Shown: positions 24,841-39,266, counted from the whole stretch's first letter. The stretch: DNA of 63,413 nucleotides, filler included, from Octopus bimaculoides (GCF_001194135.2; 8 parts of 7 records of this genome joined end to end with filler, not necessarily neighbours in it), one strand, 5' to 3'. The notes: generated by a model from the letters alone, not told the origin. Translations and numbers: made by a program.

Positions 24841-25055
24841 TGTAAGGGGGTGCTGAAAAGTTCCTGGCTTTAAGGGTATTGCGAAAGGCTGGTTGCAAGC
24901 CCAGCCTCCTGAGTTCTTTTAAAGGGCTTAGAGAAACTGAAGGATTACTGCAATAAGTGTGTGAATCTGAGAGGGGAATATGTTCAATAAAATCATGATT
25001 AACTGAGTCTATTTTCTTTTACTGAAAGCTAGGAACTTTTCAGCACCCTTTCGTA
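24841..25055 (+). mobile_element. Mariner deletion derivative
   Basis: 25-bp TIRs GGGGTGCTGAAAAGTTCCTGGCTTT / AAAGCTAGGAACTTTTCAGCACCCT with TA ends. Internal LKGLEKLKDYCNKCVNLRGEYVQ* resembles a mariner transposase C-terminus. Confidence 0.85.
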
Positions 25056-25545
25056 AGCAATAATTTGAGTCAGGAATGAGAAACTGGTTCGTTGCAGAGT
25101 CTGGCAGAAAACAACTCAGAAACTATTGACGTTTAGTTCATATAATTTCATGTTGAATGAATTAGAGAAAAACTTTTCTCTGAATTAATCAGATGCCAAT
25201 CTAGATCTGCCAACAAACCACTGCCCCCAGTAGCCATAACAACAACAACAACAACAACAATAATAATAATAATAATAATGATAAGAATAATAATCTACTG
25301 ATATTACAAAATTGTTTTCATTTTGATTGCTAGAGATCTAATTTCTGGCTTGGTCCATTGTTTGCCAAGCAAATAATTGCTTGCCAAATATTTATTGTAA
25401 CTTTCCATGCCTTATTTATAGAGATAGGGAGAAAAATGTCAAAAGAATGTGTATTTGTGTGTTTAAGTGTTAATGTTAGGGTTGCTAAATTATAATGGTG
25501 CAAAGCAACAAACATTTACTGATAAAAGGAGTCAAATTTACACAA

Positions 25546-25591
<46 letters not shown>

Positions 25592-25835
25592 CTCTCTTTA
25601 CTCTTTTACTTGTTTCAGTCATTTGACTGCGGCCATGCTGCAGCACCGCCTTTTAGTCGAATCAAATCGACCCCAGGATTTATTCTTTGTAAGCCTAGTA
25701 CTTATTCTATCGGTCTCTTTTTGCCGAGCCACTAAGTTACAGGGACGTAAACACACCACCATCGGTTGTCAAGCGATGTTGGGGGGACAAACACAGACAC
25801 ACAAACACACATATATATATACGTATATACGACGG

Positions 25836-25935
25836 NNNNNNNNNNNNNNNNNNNNNNNNNNNNNNNNNNNNNNNNNNNNTTAATTAATTAANNNNNNNNN
25901 NNNNNNNNNNNNNNNNNNNNNNNNNNNNNNNNNNN
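25836..25935. other. Assembly pad: 44 N + TTAATTAATTAA + 44 N (unsized gap)
   Basis: Identical 100-bp structure at 32684, 34362, 38120, 41370, 47131 and 59512. Confidence 0.97.
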
Positions 25936-25971
<36 letters not shown>

Positions 25972-25976
25972 TCATT

Positions 25977-26023
<47 letters not shown>

Positions 26024-26051
26024 TATTATCATCATTATTATCATCATCATT

Positions 26052-26124
<73 letters not shown>

Positions 26125-26125
<1 letters not shown>

Positions 26126-26335
26126 AGCAGTGAGCTGGCAGAATTGTTGGTGCGTAGGACAAAATGCTTAGCGGCATTTCTTCGGGCTCTGAACGATCTG
26201 AGTTCAAAAAAGCCACCGCGGTCGACTGCCTTACTGCAGCTTCTCGGGGTCGATAGAATAAGTACTAGTTGCGTACTGGAAGCCGATGTCATTGACTGTC
26301 TTCCACCTTCCAAGCTGCTGACCTTGTGCCACTAT
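26125..26335 (+). mobile_element. SINE family A
   Basis: Head AAAGCAGTGAGCTGGCAGAA directly after (ATT)n. Confidence 0.8.
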
Positions 26336-26434
26336 CTGAAACTTTTATCATTCTTGTTGTTGCTATTGCTGTTGTTATCATAATTGGCGTCATCATCATC
26401 ATCGTCACCATCATCACCATCTTCATCATCATTT

Positions 26435-26950
26435 TTAATACGACTTAAACCTTTTTTTTGTTTTTTTGTTTTTTGCTCACCACATTTTATAAATGTCGCT
26501 CTTCAAATTTTTATGTCGCTTAGTCCTTTCCTTTTCACATATTCTTTTATCCCTTGGCGATGCTACATCAATTATCTAACAAAGTATTTTCTCTGTTCCG
26601 ACAATAACAATATCAGGTCTTCTCTTCATTGTCATCCCACTGGAGGCAGACGACACTAAAATTGTTTTATTTTCTCTCACTCTACCACTGGGTCACGTTG
26701 GTACCTATACACTTCTCTCTTCTATTCAGCTAATATCTCACACCACTTCTCTTGTACAACCCTACAAATTTTATTACGTCTCCTCTTTCCCTATTACTTT
26801 TGTACCAGTTTACAGCTCTTACAATATGGCTGACTGATTCTTCTTTCGTTGCACAATGTCTACAAAATGGTGGCTCTATCGTTTTACCGATGTTATATGC
26901 TCACAAAGGGACTGCGCTTCTGCTGCATACATAAAAGCTTTACAATTATG
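26435..26950 (-). mobile_element. R4/Dong-like non-LTR retrotransposon 3' remnant (CCHC knuckle + restriction-like endonuclease)
   Basis: Minus-strand CRHCATKEESVSHIV and KRRPDIVIV..IIDVASPRDKRICEKE, with stop codons. Confidence 0.7.
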
Positions 26951-27088
26951 TTTGCTTATCTTCTCCACTTTCAATGACTTTTATAAATTGGCCATGCCTT
27001 AATTCATCCATTCTCTTTTATCTCTCGCAGCCTCTCCGTTTCTCCCCCACTTCTCTATCTATTTATCTATCTATCTCTATCTCTATCT

Positions 27089-27149
<61 letters not shown>

Positions 27150-27584
27150 CCTCTCCTTCTTCTAATGAATGCAACTTTCAGTCTATAAAATGTCAGAAAT
27201 TTTTACTTCCATTACCCAAGGTTCAACACTGCTCTCTAAATACCAGCTGCGAGTGCTTCTCTCGTATTTTTCTACAGTTTATCTGCCGCGTCGACTTCTG
27301 GCAAAATAAATTCTATCACCATCACATTTCGGAAGCAGTGCATCATTTATGTCCATTATATTTCGTGACCGAACACTCGTCTTCCTAATCTGTTCTTTGT
27401 TCTATTAAATAATCCCGAGGCAGCCCGTATATATCATTTATCTTTTACTTGTTTCAGCCATTAGAATGCGGCCATGCTGGAGCACCAACTTCAAGCATTT
27501 TTCGTTGAATGAATCGATCTCAATGCGTATTTTTTTTAGGCCTTATACTTATTTTATTGGTCTCATTGCCGAACTGCAAATTGC

Positions 27585-27913
27585 TTATTATTAGCAAATT
27601 GATCATCTTCGCTTCTTACAGCCGTTTCAATTAATACTCGATAATTTAATTTACAAATTTATACATTAGATTTACATTTATGTAACATAAGTACCTTTGC
27701 ATGTTATATGTGGATATATCAATTCATTTCAGCAGACTCTGCTGAAATAAATTGATAGGCCTACATATAACATCTTAATGTACTTTTTTTCCTCTGGTAA
27801 AATTACATTCATGTCACATAGATGTAAATTTAATGTACAAATATGTAATTAAATTATTGAGTATTAATTGAAACGGCTGTAAGAAGCGAAGATGACCAAT
27901 TTGCTAATAACAA
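27585..27913. mobile_element. Fold-back (palindromic) element, ~330 bp
   Basis: Outer arms of ~95 bp are near-perfect inverted repeats; centre ATTTCAGCAGA-C-TCTGCTGAAAT. Sits between two halves of a family-B SINE. Confidence 0.85.
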
Positions 27914-29118
27914 ATAATTATTAACTTCCTTATCTCCATTTTCTTTTCTTGACGGGCTTCTTTCAGTTTCCATCTACCAAATCCACTCACAGAACTTTAG
28001 TAGAGCCGAAGCTATAGAGGAAGACACTTGCCCAGGGAGCCACGCATATATATTGCTATAATTTTCTTTTGTTATTTTTCTTCTTTCTCATTTATTTTAT
28101 TTTCATTCAATCCTTATCCAAACGCCTCTTTCATTTCTTTTGTCTATATCTATTTCCAGTGAGTCTAAATGTTTTCATCCCCTGTGCTCTAAGTCTTTCT
28201 TCATCTGTTCATCTGGTATCACTGTCGCATCAGATGACACCATTTTTTTCTAACTGTGAAATTAGCACATTATTTCTCTTAACCCCGAGCCATTTTTTTT
28301 CCTGAATACACGTATGTATAGTGTTTACTATTGTATCTTTTTTTATCTCTGCTCTTCCATATCTTTAAAGGTGACTGGAAAATGGTTTATATTCGACTAT
28401 TTCTTTCCCAAGTCATAACAAACACCCATTTTTGCTTTTCTTTTTATATTCGTAAAAACAATGTTAAAACCATTATGCATACAACAAACAATAACGATGA
28501 CAAAACATCTTAGTATATTCTTCTCATCACTGCATCCTTTCTCAGTAAATCCCTTGAGAACATAACACCGTACTTTCACTTTCTCATGCTACAACCAATG
28601 AAGTCAGTCACATTTTTGTCACTCTAGAGAATTTCATACGTTCTATTATCCACGAACGGGGGACACGAATCACACACTTTTTATATAATCTACGCAGATC
28701 ATTGCATAGTTTTTACATTTTTCTATTGCCGTTTTCTATTAGAAACCGGTCTTTCATTTTTCTCTCTTCTTTCGATTTTTCTTTTGTTTCTCTATCAATA
28801 GTTGTTTTGCACCATTTTTCTTTGTATGTTCACATTCTGTTGTGTTTGATCCCTTGTTTGTTTGCTCGCTATTTCCCAGCGGCCTTCAGACGCTGACGCC
28901 ACCAAAGGGGATCAATACTATCGTTAAAGGCGTAAAATTGTTGCGATCCTTTGGATGATAACTGATAAGGAGTTTGTGACTTTCAGTTTGTGTATTTTCT
29001 GTTTGTTTCCGATTGTATTTTTTTTTACTTCTATGTAATTTCTGAACATATTATTTAATGTATCGCTGCACACCTTCTTTCTTTGTAAATATTCTCTGTG
29101 TGTGCGTGTGTGTGTGCA

Positions 29119-29158
<40 letters not shown>

Positions 29159-29460
29159 CGTGTGTGCGAGCGTGCGTGTGCGTGCATGTGTATACAAAGA
29201 TTGACACGATGTTGGGTGAAAATTGTCAACAGCGTTTCTCTTTGATGGGATTTTCATCACAATAGTCATTCTTCAAATCATTCTTTTATGCTTCCTCCAT
29301 GCAAGTAACTTAACCCCGAATATATTTTTCATGAAATAATTCGAATTTCTTTACCCAATATTTTAAAAAATTATTTAAGGATTCAGGCTTCCAAATTGGG
29401 GGTTTAACTGCACTGTTTATTCACCATTACCCTTGGGACATTCCTATTTTCCCGTTTATT

Positions 29461-29672
29461 AAGGCGGCGAACAGACTGAGTCGTTAGCACGCCGGACGAA
29501 ATGTTTAGTAGTATTTCGTCTCTCTTTATGTTCTGAGTTCAAATGCCGCCGAGGTCGACTTTGCCTTTCATCGTTTCGGGGTCGATAAATTAAGTACCAG
29601 TTGAGCACTGGGATCGGTGTAATTAACTCATTCTCTTCCTCAAAATTGCTGGCCTTGTGTCAAAATTTGAAA
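29461..29672 (+). mobile_element. SINE family A
   Basis: Full head and body; ~16-bp imperfect TSD TATTTTCCC(G/A)(T/C)TTATT. Confidence 0.85.
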
Positions 29673-29875
29673 TCAATATTTTCCCACTTATTAATACTGT
29701 AGGGTGTTATTCGCCATATAAGCGATAACTTGTGAAGTATTCTTTTGCCACCATGGGGTAACATCAGAAAATATGGCAAACATACAATAATTATGATCTA
29801 ACTTTCATTAAATTTCTTGGTGCTTATACAAAATCATGAAATGAATATTAATTTTCAAAACAGAAATTATTATTA

Positions 29876-29948
<73 letters not shown>

Positions 29949-30032
29949 CATCATCATCATCATTATTATTAATATTATTATTATTATTAATAATAATATT
30001 ATTATTATTGATATTGTTATTATTATTATTGC

Positions 30033-30077
<45 letters not shown>

Positions 30078-30322
30078 CATCATTATTATTATTACNNNNN
30101 NNNNNNNNNNNNNNNNNNNNNNNNNNNNNNNNNNNNNNNNNNNNNNNNNNNNNNNNNNNNNNNNNNNNNNNNNNNNNNNNNNNNNNNNNNNNNNNNNNNN
30201 NNNNNNNNNNNNNNNNNNNNNNNNNNNNNNNNNNNNNNNNNNNNNNNNNNNNNNNNNNNNNNNNNNNNNNNNNNNNNNNNNNNNNNNNNNNNNNNNNNNN
30301 NNNNNNNNNNNNNNNNNNNNNN

Positions 30323-30358
<36 letters not shown>

Positions 30359-32161
30359 TGTCTGTATGCAAATGAGATCATTACTGGGGTCTGAAACTCT
30401 CGTGGGAAAAAAATTTCGCGACCGGGCCGTGCACATGCAACTCGGTTCCGAGCCGATGAGTGCGACTTCTCAGTATCACTTTGCGCAAACGTTTGGGGGA
30501 GGATGGTGGGTTAACTACGGTAGCGGACTTCAGTTCTTACCTGGACGTCCAGTCGAAGATCTTGCCAGGTGACGGTCATTTAAATAGGGGAGGCGATGAG
30601 TGACTGCATAAATTGCAAATCGCAATCAAGAAACACATTTATTCAAATCCCAGACAAAATCAAAACCATTATTGTCACCATTGGGACCTCAAAACAAAAT
30701 CCAATTACATTCACACATCCATCGCAAATAGATTCAGTTTCTTTCGTTCTCATTATTATTATTATTAACGTTGGCCTTGCGCCAAATATTTGAAATCAAT
30801 TTTGAAAGCAATGAACTGGTAGAATCGTTATCGCATCGGACAAAATGCTTAACGGCATTTCTTCCGAGTCTTTACGTTTTAAGTTTAAATCCCGCCGAGT
30901 TTAACTTTGCTATTCATCCTCTCCAAGATGAAATTCAGAGCACTGGATGACACTAGAAGCCAAGGAAACTCTATGTGGTCTACATTTTTTTATAAAAATA
31001 ACACACTAACTTCTTAAGCAAGAGAGTGGCAATTAAATACTGCTGAGCTTAACTACAAAAAAGGGATAGTCACCGCTAGAATGTCTTTGATCGCGGTTCT
31101 TGTCGATAGGGGATGGCCGGGAGCTATACAACCAGGCATTGGGAAAAGTGGAAACGTACATACATACATACATACATACATACATACATACATACAGATA
31201 TAAACTTACATAAATACATGTATACACACGCACGCACTCACAAACACGCATACAGACACGCGCACACATAGTTGAAAACATTTGGAGTCAACAGGCAAAA
31301 TATACCAAAACTATAAACAACCAATTACACCAATTGCAGTGCTCCAGCATGGCCACAGCTTCTGGCTGACATGGGAAATGATACAGAAGTGTGCATATGT
31401 AAGTGTGTATGTATATATAAATATNNNNNNNNNNNNNNNNNNNNNNNNNNNNNNNNNNNNNNNNNNNNNNNNNNNNNNNNNNNNNNNNNNNNNNNNNNNN
31501 NNNNNNNNNNNNNNNNNNNNNNNNNNNNNNNNNNNNNNNNNNNNNNNNNNNNNNNNNNNNNNNNNNNNNNNNNNNNNNNNNNNNNNNNNNNNNNNNNNNN
31601 NNNNNNNNNNNNNNNNNNNNNNNNNNNNNNNNNNNNNNNNNNNNNNNNNNNNNNNNNNNNNNNNNNNNNNNNNNNNNNNNNNNNNNNNNNNNNNNNNNNN
31701 NNNNNNNNNNNNNNNNNNNNNNNNNNNNNNNNNNNNNNNNNNNNNNNNNNNNNNNNNNNNNNNNNNNNNNNNNNNNNNNNNNNNNNNNNNNNNNNNNNNN
31801 NNNNNNNNNNNNNNNNNNNNNNNNNNNNNNNNNNNNNNNNNNNNNNNNNNNNNNNNNNNNNNNNNNNNNNNNNNNNNNNNNNNNNNNNNNNNNNNNNNNN
31901 NNNNNNNNNNNNNNNNNNNNNNNNNNNNNNNNNNNNNNNNNNNNNNNNNNNNNNNNNNNNNNNNNNNNNNNNNNNNNNNNNNNNNNNNNNNNNNNNNNNN
32001 NNNNNNNNNNNNNNNNNNNNNNNNNNNNNNNNNNNNNNNNNNNNNNNNNTATTAATCTTTAAAGAACTGCCCTCTAAAACAGCAACACGAAGATCACCGG
32101 TTGACAGAATCGCAGTCACGAAGAAAACGCTAAGAGAATTTCTACGTCTGCTGTTGCTGCT

Positions 32162-32215
<54 letters not shown>

Positions 32216-32381
32216 GATGGTGATGCTGCTGTTGCCACCGCTACCACTACTGCTGCGGCTGCTGCTGCTGCTGTTTGAGTTACTGTTGTGTATATTCACT
32301 ATTATCTGTACTACAACTAATGATGATGATGATGACGATGATGATGATGCTACTGTTATTGCAGCTGTATTTCTACTACTG

Positions 32382-32426
<45 letters not shown>

Positions 32427-32783
32427 GTGCTACCACTGCTGCTGCTGCTGCTGCTGCTATAACTGCTGCTATTGCAGTCGGTTCTTCATTTGTATTTGCT
32501 TGTTCGACAAGTAGTCTTTCTGCATAACGATGCCAGGCTGAAAGGGCGATGGGAGGTGGTGGTTGTTGTTGTTGTTGTTGTTGTTTATGTTGCTGTTGTT
32601 CTCGTTAATTCCTTTGCCGTTGTTTTTGTTGTTGTTGTTACCGCTATTGTTGTCGCAATAACTGTTGCTGTAATCGTTATCGCNNNNNNNNNNNNNNNNN
32701 NNNNNNNNNNNNNNNNNNNNNNNNNNNTTAATTAATTAANNNNNNNNNNNNNNNNNNNNNNNNNNNNNNNNNNNNNNNNNNNN

Positions 32784-32814
<31 letters not shown>

Positions 32815-32817
32815 TCT

Positions 32818-33080
32818 TTTATTAGCCACACAGAGCTGCACACAGGGGGGACACACAAGTATTTATATACATATATCTTTATTGCCCACAGAAGGGACAA
32901 ACAAGAACAGACAAAGCGATCAAGTTGATTACATCGACTCCAGTGCGTAACTGGTACTTATTTGATCGACCCCGAAAGGATGAAAGGCTAAGTCGACCTC
33001 GGCGGAATTTGAATTCAGAACGTAACAGCAGACGAAATGCCGCTAATCATTTCGCCCGTGCTAACGATTCTGCCAGCTCG
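32818..33080 (-). mobile_element. SINE family A (tail type 2)
   Basis: Tail ...TTGTCCCTTCTGTGGGCAATAAAAGA on the minus strand. Confidence 0.8.
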
Positions 33081-33270
33081 CCATTTATGTATACATAAAT
33101 ACACATAAAATAGAGGCTTCGTGGCGAAATTGTTAGCTTTAGAATTGGTGACTCTAAGATATTTTAGCGATGGTGTGGAATCGATGGAATTGTAACGAAC
33201 GATGGTGTGGAAACGATGGAATTGAAGATGTAATTTCGGTGGGCAAGGTAGTGGTCTTTTATACGTTTCC

Positions 33271-33319
<49 letters not shown>

Positions 33320-34274
33320 GCACAGATATGGCTGTTGAGTAAGAAGCTTGCTTCCCAACCACATAGTTCCGGGTTCAGTCCCACTATGAGACACCTTGGG
33401 TAAGTGTCTCCTACTGTAGCCTTGGGCTGACCAAAGCCTTTTGAGTGGTTTTGGTTGACGGAAATTGAAAGAAGGACGTCGTGTTCGTTTTCTGTTTTCG
33501 TCTTTATGTTCTCGTTTCTCATTGTGTTTTTTTTTTTTGTGATATCCTGTGCCAAAATATGCATATATGTATACATATAGATGTAGGTATGTACATATAT
33601 GTATGGATATATGCATATATTTATATATTATTTATATTATTATATGATCGAACGCCACGCATCCTTTTCCAAGTATATATGTGTGTATGTATATATATTA
33701 AAATTAAAGATAAAATCTATATTAGATTTTATCAGGTGATCAGCATGTAATAACCAATTAAGGTAAAAAAATTAATAGAATATATAATTTTATAAGTATA
33801 TTTATAAAACCATAATAAAGGCAAAAAGCGAGTCTTACAACGGGCCAAGCCACATGTTGAAAGAAGATGCCAAATGGCGCAAATCTACCTTACGTAAACA
33901 CGCACTGAAAGCGGGGAAAATAAACGAAAAGATTCATGAATAGGTTCAGCTATGGATCAATTGATTTCAGAATGACGGGGAAAACCCGTTTTCCCTCATC
34001 AGCATAACATAAACATATGCGTATAATTGTAAACAGCTCTACATACCCCAGGAACACGATACTTCCGCAATGCATTTACAACTGTTCACACTTATACACA
34101 AATTATGATTAAAAAAATCTAATTCGTTTATCTCGTCACGTGTTAACCAAGTAACTCAGCAGTAAATAATTTTCGGTTTAGGTAAAATATATATACAGTT
34201 CTATATTTATGAGATGAGAAATTATGTACATTAATATACATCGACGGATATTTGTTCTCATCTTGTTTGCTGTT

Positions 34275-34320
34275 AACACAACGTTTCGGCTAATTTACCT
34301 TCCAGACTTCTTCATGTGTC
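34275..34320 (-). ncRNA. Degenerate minimal type-I hammerhead ribozyme motif
   Basis: Minus strand GACAC-ATGAAGA-A-GTCT..AGCC-GAAACGTT-GTGTT. Stem I gacac/gtgtt, palindromic ACGT stem III. C3 is mutated and stem II has one mismatch. Confidence 0.6.
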
Positions 34321-34995
34321 TTGGGGAAATTTCGAACCTGGGTTCTTATTCCTAAGGTATTNNNNNNNNNNNNNNNNNNNNNNNNNNNNNNNNNNNNNNN
34401 NNNNNTTAATTAATTAANNNNNNNNNNNNNNNNNNNNNNNNNNNNNNNNNNNNNNNNNNNNGCTGACTACACTGGAGCAACGTGAAATGGACTGTCTTGC
34501 TTCAGAAACACGATGCACAGCCGGTCTAGGAATCGAAACCAGCCATTCGCATACGTATGTATAGTGCATATACCCACGAACATACATAGAAGCATCCATC
34601 CATCCATCCATACATACATCCATCCATCCATCCATCCATATATACATACATACATACACATATATATTGCACTGGCATCAGTTCTTTCATTAAACTAATC
34701 AATAAAGCGCTCACATTTTTTGTACCTAATATTTGGTTCAGATTTCAGTGTAACCGATTCATTTTAATTACTACTGAATCCTCCTGGGGATGTGTGGCAT
34801 TATTACCACTGGCCCTGATCTTCGTCCCATCTATCTTAATATTTGTACCACACCCTTGTTTCAATTAGAAGTCCAGTGAAGGGTATTAAATTATTATTAG
34901 TGACAGCGCTTCTGAAGATATGTACTCGTACAGAAGCGTATAATCCATTTTACAATCATTGACCATTATAATACACTGAAGCACACACACACACA

Positions 34996-35035
<40 letters not shown>

Positions 35036-35861
35036 NNNNNNNNNNNNNNNNNNNNNNNNNNNNNNNNNNNNNNNNNNNNNNNNNNNNNNNNNNNNNNNNN
35101 NNNNNNNNNNNNNNNNNNNNNNNNNNNNNNNNNNNNNNNNNNNNNNNNNNNNNNNNNNNNNNNNNNNNNNNNNNNNNNNNNNNNNNNNNNNNNNNNNNNN
35201 NNNNNNNNNNNNNNNNNNNNNNNNNNNNNNNNNNNNNNNNNNNNNNNNNNNNNNNNNNNNNNNNNNNNNNNNNNNNNNNNNNNNNNNNNNNNNNNNNNNN
35301 NNNNNNNNNNNNNNNNNNNNNNNNNNNNNNNNNNNNNNNNNNNNNNNNNNNNNNNNNNNNNNNNNNNNNNNNNNNNNNNNNNNNNNNNNNNNNNNNNNNN
35401 NNNNNNNNNNNNNNNNNNNNNNNNNNNNNNNNNNNNNNNNNNNNNNNNNNNNNNNNNNNNNNNNNNNNNNNNNNNNNNNNNNNNNNNNNNNNNNNNNNNN
35501 NNNNNNNNNNNNNNNNNNNNNNNNNNNNNNNNNNNNNNNNNNNNNNNNNNNNNNNNNNNNNNNNNNNNNNNNNNNNNNNNNNNNNNNNNNNNNNNNNNNN
35601 NNNNNNNNNNNNNNNNNNNNNNNNNNNNNNNNNNNNNNNNNNNNNNNNNNNNNNNNNNNNNNNNNNNNNNNNNNNNNNNNNNNNNNNNNNNNNNNNNNNN
35701 NNNNNNNNNNNNNNNNNNNNNNNNNNNNNNNNNNNNNNNNNNNNNNNNNNNNNNNNNNNNNNNNNNNNNNNNNNNNNNNNNNNNNNNNNNNNNNNNNNNN
35801 NNNNNNNNNNNNNNNNNNNNNNNNNNNNNNNNNNNNNNNNNNNNNNNNNNNNNNNNNNNNN

Positions 35862-35917
<56 letters not shown>

Positions 35918-36619
35918 TGTATGTATGTATGTATGTATGTGTGTGTGTGTGCTTATGCGTGTGTGTGTCTTTGTTTGTCCCCCAACATCACTTGACAACT
36001 GATGTTGGTGTGTTTACGTCCTCGAAACTTAGCGCTTCGGCCTTCGGCCTAAGAGACCGATAGAATAAGTACTTGGCTTACAAAGAATAAGGCCTGGGGT
36101 TGATCTGTGAGACTAAAGGCGGAGCTACAGCATGACCGCAGTCAAATGACTAAAACAAGTAAATGAATAGGATAGGTTTAAAAAAATTTGTGCCTGCAGG
36201 AGGTAAGCTTTGATTTTTGGTTGAGGGAGAGTATCTTGCTGTGGAGATTTTGTTCCCCTTTTCCTGTCAATTCTGTATGCGTGGCTTTCGTCTGGTCCTT
36301 CCAAAGGAGGTCGTACTCTACCCTGTTTTCAAGGAGTCGCTAGAGATGAGTTTATAGCATGGGGATATGTTTTTCTCGCGCAATAACAGCCCTATACTAC
36401 ATCCTTAATATTAATTTCTGTATGAGAACAATGTACTCCGTTATATAATTTTTATAAATTCTTTTAAATTGTTCGTTTGTCTTAATTCTGCTTAAATATC
36501 TTCACATCTTTTACGCATACACCCGGTAATTGTTTATACATAATCCCTTTCAAGGTTCCAACATTCCGACATCCGGTCAGAGTGAGCGACAGAACAGATT
36601 TAATATCTATCTATAACTA

Positions 36620-36835
36620 AGGTGGCGAGGTGGCAGAAGCGTTAGCACGCCGGGCGACATGCTTAGCGGTATTTCGTCTGTCTTTACGTTTCGAGTTCAA
36701 ATTCTGCTGAGGTCGACTTTGCCTTTCATCCCTTCGGAGTCGATAAATTAAGTACCAGTTGCGTATTGGAAACGATCTAATCGACTGGCCTCCTCCCCGC
36801 AAATTTCCGGCCCTGTGCCCAGATTAAAAAAGAAT
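36620..36835 (+). mobile_element. SINE family A
   Basis: Full length; ~19-bp imperfect TSD AATATCTATCT..ACTAA. Confidence 0.85.
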
Positions 36836-37243
36836 ATCTATCTCTCACTAACATAAAAGCCGCACTCCGTGCGGACTTTTAGGCTGGCACCTGCGGCCCA
36901 AAACTAAAGAGAGGGATCCCGAACAGACGAACATACAGAGTTTCGCGTTTATTATTATACATATAAGATTTCATCTATGCACTCTTTCTCTCTGCGTTAT
37001 GTAGTAATTCTAATTCCTCACTCACAACGTTCCCCATGCAGACTAAACTAACATAAAATCTTTTTTTAAAAATTGTGTTTTCGTTATTACGACATTCTGT
37101 AACTTTGTTATTGCTTGGAGCATTTTCTCCGTGTTTTCTGTGTCGGCGTATTTTTACCTTCTTTGCAAAGTCAAGATGATTTGTGTTCTCCTTCGTGGAG
37201 TAAAAACGGTATGAGTGTTGTGGAGGATATATTCTATGATTAA

Positions 37244-37327
<84 letters not shown>

Positions 37328-38219
37328 GATACACATAGACAGTGACTGCAAATAGATGTCTGACTATCTTTGAATATATATATGCGTCTCTCTATAATAC
37401 ATACGCATACACACGCGCGCGAACATATACATACGCGCGCGCGCGAACATACACACACGCATGCGCTCGCACACAGACACACAGATACACATATATTCTT
37501 TTATTCTTTTACTTGTTTCAGTTGTTGAATTTCGGCCATGCTGTGATACTGATTTGAAGGGCTTAGTCGAACAAATCGACCCCAGTGTTTTTTGATCCCG
37601 GTATTTATTCTATTGGTGTCTTACCGAACCGCTAATTTACGAGGACGTAAACAAACCAACACCGGTTGTCACATGGAGGTCGAGGATAAACACGTCGGAC
37701 GATGAATTACCTGGTCGAAACTTCAATGTCAACTGTCAATAACATACTCTTATAAGAATAATAAATTTGTACTCCACAAAAGTACCGAGTAACCCATCAG
37801 GTTATTGCAAAATTGGGATCTTTCTGATTTGACGGTCAACACTTGTTTTCTTAACGAAACACTTTCAAACTTGGGACACTGGTAGAATGTGTCATACAAA
37901 ACAACTTTTTCTCTTAGCCTTCTTAACAAAAAATTGTACATCGCAAGTTATTTCATGTTAAAGTTGTCGTATTTCTGTAATTTCAACCAATCACTGACGT
38001 CTATTCAGCTGAATACAGTCAGTGCTCTTTCGTAACCAATCATTTTTGGCCGGTCATAAAAATGTTATTCCCTGTGACATATTTCATCCGGTTTAATCGT
38101 AATTTATACGCATATATTGNNNNNNNNNNNNNNNNNNNNNNNNNNNNNNNNNNNNNNNNNNNNTTAATTAATTAANNNNNNNNNNNNNNNNNNNNNNNNN
38201 NNNNNNNNNNNNNNNNNNN

Positions 38220-38252
<33 letters not shown>

Positions 38253-38608
38253 AAGCACACCACACGTATAACCCACACAAACACTCATACATGAAGATGC
38301 ATAAACATACTGACGTTACAGAGAAAACATATGCAGACACGTTTAATCTGGCATACAGCAAAGTCGTGTGTTTGTGTATGAATGTGTGTATATATCTGTG
38401 CATGTGTGTGTGTATATTTGTGCATATATGCATGTACGTGCGTGTGTGTGTGTGTTATATGTCATTGGTTTGTTGTTTTTTAATTTCGGTGTAGCCATCT
38501 GTGAGAGCATGCGCGAGTTTGAATATGAATTTCACTACTCGTATATTGTTTTGCTTGCGTACATGCATTTACGCTTCTGACGGTATTTGTGAGAGTGTAT
38601 ATTCGTGT

Positions 38609-38650
<42 letters not shown>

Positions 38651-38781
38651 ACGCTCGCACGTACGCGTGTATAGATATGTCTCTATGTATATATGGATGT
38701 GGATAGATAGGTAGCTACGAATGAACGTACACACACATACATAATACATACATACATACATACATACACATATACATATAC

Positions 38782-38818
<37 letters not shown>

Positions 38819-39193
38819 CATACATACATACATACATACATACATACATTTATATATTTATGTATAGACCTTCTTATGAATGAGTATATGTGGTGGCGAA
38901 CATCTTTATATATGTATGCACACAGGCTTATTTGTATTTATAATACGTACATATATAAATACTTGCAAGTGCTTATAAATGCCCATTCATACAATGGTGT
39001 GCCGCACACATGCATAAATGCATGTATGTGCATGTGTGTGTGTGTGTTATGTGTACACCAATACGTATGTGCACAATAGATGTACAAATAGAATCAACAG
39101 AAACGTACGGATCAGATACAGGACTCCTATTGGTGAAGAGATAGAGGGAGAGGAATAGGAGAGAGATGAGAGAACAAGAGAGAGAGACTAAGA

Positions 39194-39266
<73 letters not shown>

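Noticed and set aside
28330-28620. Faint similarity to an R4-type RT segment (GYDLGK..INH) on the minus strand
   Set aside because: Too degenerate to support by eye.
30453-30495. CCGATGA..stem..AAACGTTT hammerhead look-alike
   Set aside because: U4 is changed and G12 is missing, with no stem I.
36198-36208. CAG-GAG-GTAAGC as a 3-nt microexon
   Set aside because: No pyrimidine tract and no host gene evidence.
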